This document shows, one piece after another, positions 47,475-54,768 of a DNA stretch of 64,000 nucleotides. This stretch comes from Promethearchaeota archaeon. GTDB taxonomy: Archaea; Asgardarchaeota; Lokiarchaeia; Sigyniarchaeales; SOKP01. Numbering within the stretch: position 1 is the stretch's first letter; every line of letters begins with the position of its first letter. Where the stretch lies: positions 64,001 to 128,000 of the forward strand of contig JAUVNS010000012.1 in the NCBI GenBank assembly GCA_030599585.1, read 5' to 3'. The notes below the pieces were generated by a model. The model was not told where the DNA came from. It saw only the letters and a program-made list of their open reading frames with translations, and did no database searches. Made by a program: the position numbers and the translations under genes.

Positions 47475-49559
47475 TTAAATCGCAATAACTTTCCCGATAA
47501 CTTTTTTAACGAACTTTTTACCAATCGTTTTAAGCCCCTTTTTAACCAAGTCTTTCATGGTAATATTTCCTGCCTTATAGTCCTGGTACGCGTCCTTAAT
47601 CTTTACCCAGTCTGAAGCGAGACGATCCTTAAGATACGACTCGATATCTTCTTGATTATTAAGGATAACTTCAATTTGCGAAGTGTATTCCTTGATAAGC
47701 TCGGTATCGCTCTTGATGTCGTCTAGTTTAATGCTGAAGTCTCTAAGTAAATCGGTAACTTTTTCAGCTCTATCGCTCATCGCTTTTACGACTAATTTAG
47801 AACCTTCCTCTGCTTTTTGGACCGCAACCGAAAGAGCGACGTCTTGTTTGTCGTATAACCCTTCAGCAAACGCTTCAAACATGAAGTAATTTTCGTTCTG
47901 AGTCGCCTGAATGTTTTTTAGTAAAGCAAAATTACAATTCTTTACGACTTGCTCAATTTTTGCTTCTAATGCGGTAATATCAAGATCGCTATCAATAATT
48001 AACTTCTTATCTTCCATAAATTGCGTTTTCATGTCAAACTCTTGCTTACTGATTTCCTTGGGAGTGAGAAGGTTACAAACGTAACAGATTTCAAATGGTT
48101 CAATATGTGAAGATTGTTGCGTGCCTGTTGGGTCAGTATATGATACGATTCCCTCAACAGTATCACCTACGCAACTCTCTGTTCCCATTAACTTGAATGT
48201 AGGACTTTCAAGTGAGCCCGGTTTTAACATATCGATTTTGTATTTGTCCTTATCGGCGGTTAATCCTCCCGGAATTGACGTAAGAAGAATCTGGATGTTG
48301 TTTATGACCAATTCAGAATTATTTTTAACTTTTACTTTGTAAAAAAAGACGCTCTGATCTCCCTCAACTTTCCAATCCCCGCCTCTTAATACATCTATCT
48401 TTTTTTTATTAAATGCCGTAGAAGATAAGGCCGAGAAAGCATCTATTACAGGAGTGGGGGGTTTAACAGCAGATGGTTCTTTAAATATAATCGTATTTCC
48501 CTTGATTTGACCATATAATTGTTTATTATATATCATATATTCTAGTAAATCTCCTAAATCGCTTAAATCGATACCGGTCTTATCTTGAATCCTTTTAAAT
48601 TTCAATTCTTTATATATTGAAGTTGAATTGGTGATGAACTCGGTTGTATCCTTCTTGATTTTTTCTAAATTTTCTTTATATAATCTTTCCTTCTCTCTTT
48701 CTTTTTCTAATCTTTCTTGTTTTTTTCTTTCTTTCTCTAATCTTTCTTGTTTTTTTCTTTTCTTTTGACAATATTGAAGAAACTTTTGAGGTTGAATGGC
48801 ATACCCGAATTTTCCTTTCAAACCTCTTAATTCCTTAATAATCGCTTCCGGTATAATATTCCCTCCAAGATAGACGAATTTTAAGTCCGTGAGTTTGTCC
48901 AATCCCCTTATCTCGGTAATTTGATTATTGTAAAGATTTAACGTTTGTAGATACGCGAGTTTGTCCAAATCCTTTATCTCGGTAATTTGATTGTTGTCAA
49001 AAAATAACCCTATTAAGTTCGTGAGAGCGTCCAAGCCCTTTATCTCAGTAATTTGATTTTTGGAAAGATGCAACAGTTGTAAGTTCGTGAGGGCGTCCAA
49101 GCCTTTTATCTCGGTAATTTGATTATCGCCAAGAAATAACTTTTGTAAGTTCGTGAGTTTGTCCAAGCCCTTTATCTCGTTAATTTGATTATCGGCCAGA
49201 TGTAATTTTTGTAAGTTCATGAGTTTGTCCAAGCCCTTTATCTCGTTAATTTGATTATTGTGAAGATTTAACGTTTGTAAGTTCGTGAGTTTGTCCAAGC
49301 CCTTTATCTCGTTAATTTGATTATTGTGAAGATTTAACGTTTGTAAGTTCGTGAGTTTGTCCAAGCCCTTTATCTCGGTAATTTGATTAACGGCAAGAAA
49401 GGGTACACCTCTTGTGCTTCCTAAGTCTAACTTTTGTAAGTTCGCAAGGGCGTCCAAGCCCTTTATCTCGGTAACGTCTTTAATTCCCTTAGAATTTAAA
49501 TCTAACATTCCGTCCTTAACTTCTATTTTCTCTCCTTTAACTACGACATAGGACGCCAT
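47475..49559 (-). CDS. SDS22-like LRR protein with coiled coil, PCI/WH-like segment and C-terminal Ig-like/alpha-beta domains
   Basis: 22-aa LRR consensus LxxLxLxxNQIxEIKGLDxLTN (~9 repeats); downstream domain calls are pattern-based. Confidence 0.85.
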   Translation of the reverse strand: MASYVVVKGEKIEVKDGMLDLNSKGIKDVTEIKGLDALANLQKLDLGSTRGVPFLAVNQITEIKGLDKLTNLQTLNLHNNQINEIKGLDKLTNLQTLNLHNNQINEIKGLDKLMNLQKLHLADNQINEIKGLDKLTNLQKLFLGDNQITEIKGLDALTNLQLLHLSKNQITEIKGLDALTNLIGLFFDNNQITEIKDLDKLAYLQTLNLYNNQITEIRGLDKLTDLKFVYLGGNIIPEAIIKELRGLKGKFGYAIQPQKFLQYCQKKRKKQERLEKERKKQERLEKEREKERLYKENLEKIKKDTTEFITNSTSIYKELKFKRIQDKTGIDLSDLGDLLEYMIYNKQLYGQIKGNTIIFKEPSAVKPPTPVIDAFSALSSTAFNKKKIDVLRGGDWKVEGDQSVFFYKVKVKNNSELVINNIQILLTSIPGGLTADKDKYKIDMLKPGSLESPTFKLMGTESCVGDTVEGIVSYTDPTGTQQSSHIEPFEICYVCNLLTPKEISKQEFDMKTQFMEDKKLIIDSDLDITALEAKIEQVVKNCNFALLKNIQATQNENYFMFEAFAEGLYDKQDVALSVAVQKAEEGSKLVVKAMSDRAEKVTDLLRDFSIKLDDIKSDTELIKEYTSQIEVILNNQEDIESYLKDRLASDWVKIKDAYQDYKAGNITMKDLVKKGLKTIGKKFVKKVIGKVIAI
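48880..49480. repeat. 66-bp coding tandem repeat (LRR units), several near-identical at DNA level
   Basis: Recurrent gtaagttcgtgagtttgtccaagccctttatctcg(g/t)taatttgatta; boundaries approximate. Confidence 0.9.
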
Positions 49560-49968
49560 TTTAATTTACCTGCCTATTCAACTTCTTCTCTCTAAAACGG
49601 TATACTTATTTTTTCTTCTTTAGTACATGCCCACTATTCTCTCTTAACTGCTGTATCATTAATTGTTTTTAGTACGGATGTTTTATCTCATAACTCATAT
49701 TTAAACATTTGTTACTTTTCCTTAGATTTTATATAACCAAGTATAATGCAACTTCCATTATTACATTTATTTTAATCGATATCAATTCTTGGAAACATTT
49801 AAATACCAATTCTAAGATAAAAAATTAGAAAAATTAAATTCAGGATTTTTCATCAAAAATTATCGATTATTAATAAAAAAGGTGGAATTTACGACGTTTC
49901 CTAACAAATCTTTTTGTAGGTTTGTCTTTTATTTGCTATAAATCCCCCAGTTTAAAAAGTATTCAAAT

Positions 49969-50442
49969 TTAATCTTTAAAAAAATCATCTAGCGATTTAG
50001 AAACCAAAAAAGCGAAGAAGGGCTGAAGATCAACGTATGCTAATGCTTGTTGCATGTCTCCATCTACCACTAAATTATCTGACATATAAACTTCAACGAA
50101 TTTGTCATATGGAGGTAATTTCCAATCTGGCAAGTCTATCTCGCTAGAGAATATTTTTGACCACATTGCACTTGTTAAAGATACGGTAGCGCTTGGATCG
50201 TTAACCATTCCTTCACCACAATCTATCCATCTATCCTCCATTTTTAACCAATATTCATAATCTGCGTCCGTAATTACGAGCTGAACCGCTATTGCACAAG
50301 CGTCTTCTAATTCCCAATATATTTCCTCGCTTTTCTTAGCCATCTGCTTAACAAACTCGCATATTTTAAAACCATCAGACGGTTTACTTACGCCTTTTTT
50401 TCTTATTTCTTTTATTTCTTCTATTAAATTCGAGTCAACCAT
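49969..50442 (-). CDS. SCP2-domain protein, diverged paralog of 2921..3349
   Basis: MVDSNL.EE.KE.R.KG.SKPSD..K..EFVKQM, VQL..TDAD..YW.K, YMS..LV.DG..Q.A.AY. Confidence 0.85.
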   Translation of the reverse strand: MVDSNLIEEIKEIRKKGVSKPSDGFKICEFVKQMAKKSEEIYWELEDACAIAVQLVITDADYEYWLKMEDRWIDCGEGMVNDPSATVSLTSAMWSKIFSSEIDLPDWKLPPYDKFVEVYMSDNLVVDGDMQQALAYVDLQPFFAFLVSKSLDDFFKD

Positions 50443-50621
50443 TTTTTATTTCGACCTTATATCAGTGCATTAATGTGATTATAGATTAGATTACTTTTTT
50501 AATTTATTTTAATATAATATCTTTTATCAACAAAAAGTGAGAATTATCACTCACCGGAAACTTTGAAAAATAAACTTTCCAATTTATTTCTGCTAATTAC
50601 AATTTCTGTATGAAAGTTTTT

Positions 50622-50684
50622 TTTCCAGTTTATTATGGAAAATTTCCAGTTTATTTTGGAAAATTTCCAGTTTATTATGGAAAA
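50622..50684. repeat. 3 x 21-bp tandem repeat, each unit palindromic (TTTCCA-N8-TGGAAA)
   Basis: tttccagtttattatggaaaa / tttccagtttattttggaaaa / tttccagtttattatggaaaa. Confidence 0.9.
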
Positions 50685-50937
50685 TTACAAATCTTTTGAC
50701 GAAAACATCAATTACAACTTTGCTTATAGCAATTGCTGGTCTAGTCGTATTGCGGACGCATTCGAGATAGACGAATTCGAAAAATCTTTTAAGCTTATTT
50801 CTCAATACTTCCAGAAAGCAGAGAAAGGAGGCGATGATAAAAAATGAGAGAATATAAAATTCTTTTAATCATAAGTTTAACACAATTTCTATTTAAGAGC
50901 AAATACTATTTAACGGATTAGGGTTTAAGTTTAACTA

Positions 50938-52248
50938 ATGAATTCTTACAACTGTGACCTTCATATACACTCCCATCATTCGATCGGAACCTCTAAAAAT
51001 CTTAATTTAGATACTATAGCTCAAACATCCAAAAAGAAGGGGCTTCATATCCTTGGGACGGGCGATGTCTTACAGCCCGATTGGCTAAAATATTTAGAAA
51101 AAAATCTGAGACAAGATAGGGATGGGGCTTTTTCTTATAAAGGCATTAACTTTATTCTTCAGAGCGAACTTGAAGATCAAGAAAGTATCCATGAACTAGT
51201 TTTTTTCCCCGATTTTTCAACCGTAAGAGAAGTCCAAAAAAAGCTTGAACCATATTCAAAAAATATTTTGGGTGAATGGGGTGGTCGCCCAAGAGTAAAT
51301 TTACCTCCTCCGGAACTAGTTGATATCATTACTGATTTTGGAGCAATGATAGGTCCTGCTCATGCTTTTACTCCATTTAGAGCAATTTTTCGCCAAAATA
51401 AATACGCAACTCTCGAACAATGCTATCAAGATGCCGTTAAAAAAGTTAAATTTTTAGAATTAGGGCTCTCTGCTAATACAGATTTAGCTGATAAATTAGA
51501 TTCTCTTAAAAACGTATCTTTTCTAAGCAATAGCGATGCGCACTCTGAAAGTCCCCGCTCTTTAGGTAGAGAATTCAACAAAATAAAAATGGAAGACCCT
51601 TCGTTTGATGAACTAGTATTAGCCTTAGAAAGGAAAAATCAGCGCAAAATTGAATTAAACGTAGGACTTAACCCGAAGTTGGGAAAATATTATAATATGT
51701 TCTGCAACAAATGTAGAAGGAGAGTAATGTTCGGTAAATCAGAAAAAACTGGAGATACTCTTTTTAATGAATATACTATTTCAGAAGAATTCATAAAAAT
51801 CGTATCAGAAAACCCTGTAAATGCGAGAAAAGAATACATAAACAATGTTTCCAAAGGGAAAATTGTGTGTCCTGCGTGTAAAGAAAAAATTAACAAAAAC
51901 ATCAAAATTAAATTAGGAGTCAGTGAAAGAATAGATGTTATATCTACCTCAGACGAACCAATACATCCAAATCATCGGCCTCCATACATCAATGCGGTTC
52001 CTTTAATAGATATAATTCGCGCGGTTAAAAAAATTAAGAGCACTAACAGTGTAACAGTTTTAAGATTTTATGATAAAATGTTAAATGCACTAGGCACCGA
52101 ATTTGATATTTTAATTGATATAGAAATTGAAGAAATCAAAAAATTTGACGAAAAAATTGCCACAATTATCGAAGCAATAAGAAATAATAAAGTTGAATAC
52201 ACCCCTGGTGGAGGTGGGACTTATGGACAAATTCAACTCGAACTATAA
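50938..52248 (+). CDS. Endonuclease Q family (PHP domain + Zn ribbon)
   Basis: DLHIHS, KG....GTGD, GRP, GPAHAFTP, ELGLSA, SNSDAHS, GREFN, LGKY, C..C...C..C, LGV..R, H..RPPY, PGGGG.YG. Confidence 0.9.
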   Translation: MNSYNCDLHIHSHHSIGTSKNLNLDTIAQTSKKKGLHILGTGDVLQPDWLKYLEKNLRQDRDGAFSYKGINFILQSELEDQESIHELVFFPDFSTVREVQKKLEPYSKNILGEWGGRPRVNLPPPELVDIITDFGAMIGPAHAFTPFRAIFRQNKYATLEQCYQDAVKKVKFLELGLSANTDLADKLDSLKNVSFLSNSDAHSESPRSLGREFNKIKMEDPSFDELVLALERKNQRKIELNVGLNPKLGKYYNMFCNKCRRRVMFGKSEKTGDTLFNEYTISEEFIKIVSENPVNARKEYINNVSKGKIVCPACKEKINKNIKIKLGVSERIDVISTSDEPIHPNHRPPYINAVPLIDIIRAVKKIKSTNSVTVLRFYDKMLNALGTEFDILIDIEIEEIKKFDEKIATIIEAIRNNKVEYTPGGGGTYGQIQLEL

Positions 52249-52317
52249 CTTTCTAAAGAATAATTTAAATTGCTGTAAATAAAAAAGGCTTAGTTAATAT
52301 AAAAATTAAAATTTTGG

Positions 52318-52584
52318 CTATATTTCAAACTCTAAATTAAGATTTAAAAGTTCTCCACATTTAGAGCAAGTCATGAAATCAAAAATTTTAAACGCTACAA
52401 CCATAAGCTCTAAATCTTTTCTAGGAAATCGATTTTTAAACTTTTTTAGATAATCTCCGGAAGGACAGCTAATGATCGCTCGGACGTTAATTATGTCCTC
52501 CACTTCTGGACTATCAAAAGCTTGTTCAGTTGTATTCTTATTCATTTCAATTTCCATAAAATCAACCCCGAGCATATAAGACAT
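52318..52584 (-). CDS. Small hypothetical protein, possible zinc ribbon
   Basis: CPSG...CSKCGE; 88 aa. Confidence 0.6.
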   Translation of the reverse strand: MSYMLGVDFMEIEMNKNTTEQAFDSPEVEDIINVRAIISCPSGDYLKKFKNRFPRKDLELMVVAFKIFDFMTCSKCGELLNLNLEFEI

Positions 52585-52762
52585 GAAAGTTCAGTCATAT
52601 AAATTTATCTATATCGAAATATGTCCTTTTTATCACACGAACAAGTTGAAATTAGATGGTTATTCAGTGTTACCTAAATAACACCTATATTAATAATATT
52701 AATTTTGATATGTATTATTAGCGTATTATATAGCTAATTACTCCATATTATGGTAATGATTA

Positions 52763-53905
52763 ATGGAAAACGATGAATTTGATCTAAGCAATATAGTAAA
52801 ATCGCGTGACTCAGTTAGGACAAGGTTTAATGAGATAGCGCGTCAAAATGTTAAATCAGCTAATGTGTCAAATCTAGATGACGACACTTATCTAGCAGAT
52901 CTGCTAAAAGTTTTAAAAATTAAGTCTTTAGTTGTTGGAGTCGGTGGAGCGGGGAATAATACCGTATCAAGAATGCTCGACGTTGAGTCTGATTGGATCG
53001 AGACCCTCACTATTAATACTGATGCTCACGATTTATATTACTCAAATTCTAACAAGAAACTTTTAATCGGAAAAGAGATTTGCAACGGACTAGGGTCTGG
53101 TAACGATCCTAGCATTGGTACTGCGGCTGCCGAAGAAGATGTAGATCGCCTTTCTCAAGTGTTAAACGCTGACGTAGTTTTCCTTACTTTTGGCTTGGGA
53201 GGTGGCACCGGTACTGGAGCAGCACCTATTATTGCTCGCGAAGCGAAAAAAAATAATGCCACGGTTGTGTCGTTTTGTTCCGTTCCTTTTAGATCTGAAG
53301 GAGTTGAACGAAGTTTAAGAGCAAGAAAAGGTCTTGAGGAACTTATGAAATATAGTGACACGTTAATCCCTATCCCAAACGATAATCTTCTCCGTTTTAA
53401 CCAAAAACTTCCTGTTCTAGCTGGTTTTAAAATAATGGATGAAGTATTAATTCGATCCATTAAAGAAATAATAAATTTGATAAATAACTGTGGTTTGATT
53501 AATATTGATTACGCAGATGTTAGAAAAGTGTTAGAAAAAAAGGGAAATTATCCTTCTGGGCTAATAGGTATTACAGAATCTATGGGAGAAGAAGTTGATC
53601 TAATAAGAAAGGCTAAACTAGCATTACACAATCCTCTTTTAGAACCTGATACAAAAAAAGTAGACAAATGCATAGTTTCTGTTTCTGGCGATCATCGGTT
53701 ATCCCTATCAAAAATAGACAAAGTTATCTCAACAATTTCCAACGAAATTCCAGAAACAGCGTCTCTTAAATTCGGAACTTCCTTAAATCCAGCTCTCGGA
53801 TCTAAAATTAGGATTATGGCGTTAGGTCGAGGCCCAATCTCGCCGTACGTTCAAGCGGCAATAGATGGGACTGAATTTCCACACTCTAACATAAGCCAAC
53901 TTTAA
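52763..53905 (+). CDS. ftsZ: Cell division GTPase FtsZ
   Basis: GVGGAGNN, NTDA, GLGGGTGTG tubulin signature, PF..EG, PNDNL, T7 loop NIDYADV. Confidence 0.95.
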   Translation: MENDEFDLSNIVKSRDSVRTRFNEIARQNVKSANVSNLDDDTYLADLLKVLKIKSLVVGVGGAGNNTVSRMLDVESDWIETLTINTDAHDLYYSNSNKKLLIGKEICNGLGSGNDPSIGTAAAEEDVDRLSQVLNADVVFLTFGLGGGTGTGAAPIIAREAKKNNATVVSFCSVPFRSEGVERSLRARKGLEELMKYSDTLIPIPNDNLLRFNQKLPVLAGFKIMDEVLIRSIKEIINLINNCGLINIDYADVRKVLEKKGNYPSGLIGITESMGEEVDLIRKAKLALHNPLLEPDTKKVDKCIVSVSGDHRLSLSKIDKVISTISNEIPETASLKFGTSLNPALGSKIRIMALGRGPISPYVQAAIDGTEFPHSNISQL

Positions 53906-53992
53906 TAATATTCTATACAATATCAGAATCTAATAATCTTTTTTCATCCTTCCATAACCTTTTTTTTAAAAAATCCTTATAATTCATATTAA

Positions 53993-54463
53993 TTGCATCA
54001 AGGTGAATCTATAATAGGAAATAAAATGCCTGAAGAAGATTTAAAAAAAGTAATCCGCGATTTTTTAGACAAAAGAAAGATACTCGTACTCTGTACTTGT
54101 TTAGATAATACGCCTCGCGCAACTCCTATGGATTTTTACATGGATAAGAAATCTAATGATTTTAATATATATGTAGGACCTGCTCCTGGGAGAAAAGTAA
54201 AAAATATCGAAGAAAATCCAAATGTCAGTATTGGAATATATACGCCAATGGACACGGGTAAAATACAGGGTATGCAAATTACCGCATCCGGGAAAGAAAG
54301 GCTGATCTTTTTAAAGGAAGGGGATAAAGAATTTGATAAGGTTCAAAAAATAGTGCGGGGAAAAAGAAAGCTTCTCTTGAAGATCATTCCAGAGAAAATT
54401 GAACTTCTCGATTATGATTTTATAAAAGATGGATATTCACGCCTTCAATATTTAGATTTCTAG
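53993..54463 (+). CDS. Pyridoxamine 5'-phosphate oxidase-like flavin-binding protein
   Basis: L.T...P.A.PM, KV.NI..NP.VS..I, GMQI; start probably the ATG of MPEEDL. Confidence 0.75.
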   Translation: MHQGESIIGNKMPEEDLKKVIRDFLDKRKILVLCTCLDNTPRATPMDFYMDKKSNDFNIYVGPAPGRKVKNIEENPNVSIGIYTPMDTGKIQGMQITASGKERLIFLKEGDKEFDKVQKIVRGKRKLLLKIIPEKIELLDYDFIKDGYSRLQYLDF

Positions 54464-54550
54464 TAAAATTAAATCTCTATTTAGAATTTCTTAAGAGTAA
54501 AAGCACAGTTATATTTTTAAGCCCTATTTACTTTATTTTATGTATAATTA

Positions 54551-54701
54551 CGGATGTGGATGTTATGAATGAAAAATCTAAATTTTTAGTTTCAACACCA
54601 AATTTCATAGAGATCATATCCGAGATTATTATTCAGTAAAATCCTTTTCCTCGTGAAACGATTTTCGAAAGAAATATCCACATCCCGTTTCACAGAGAAA
54701 A
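54551..54701 (+). promoter_or_regulatory. Structured ileS leader (candidate attenuator)
   Basis: 54552-54564 pairs with 54673-54685 (13 bp, one GU); 54653-54660 pairs with 54686-54693 (8 bp, extendable); GAAA tetraloop hairpin 54663-54674; TATA-like TTTTTAAG near 54514. Confidence 0.6.
54565..54639 (+). CDS. Putative Ile-rich leader peptide of ileS (MNEKSKFLVSTPNFIEIISEIIIQ)
   Basis: 24-codon uORF with 6 Ile in the last 10 codons, SD-like GGATGTG upstream, ending ~130 nt before the ileS ATG. Confidence 0.65.
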   Translation: MNEKSKFLVSTPNFIEIISEIIIQ

Positions 54702-54768
54702 TTAGAACATTTATACGCTTTTAAACTAAAATTTCAGATAGATACAATAACAACATGAGGTTAGTTAT

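Larger units (their letters stand above)
45224..50937. mobile_element. Putative genomic island/integrative element remnant inserted at endoQ 5' end
   Basis: Bracketed by duplicated endoQ N-terminus; low coding density; accessory, repeat and frameshifted genes; no integrase visible. Confidence 0.55.

Noticed and set aside
48880-49480. LRR repeats as a diversity-generating retroelement TR/VR pair
   Set aside because: No reverse transcriptase in the window; the repeats are in-frame tandem coding units, not a separate template/variable pair.
50622-50684. 21-bp repeats as a CRISPR array or archaeal ORB origin
   Set aside because: There are no spacers between units and no cas genes. The TTCCA/TGGAA arms recall ORBs, but the spacing differs, there is no G-string, and no orc1/cdc6 is nearby.
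50593-50847. Two overlapping 70-aa ORFs spanning the 21-bp repeat
   Set aside because: Their openness is partly explained by the in-frame repeat and no family is recognised; at most a gene relic.
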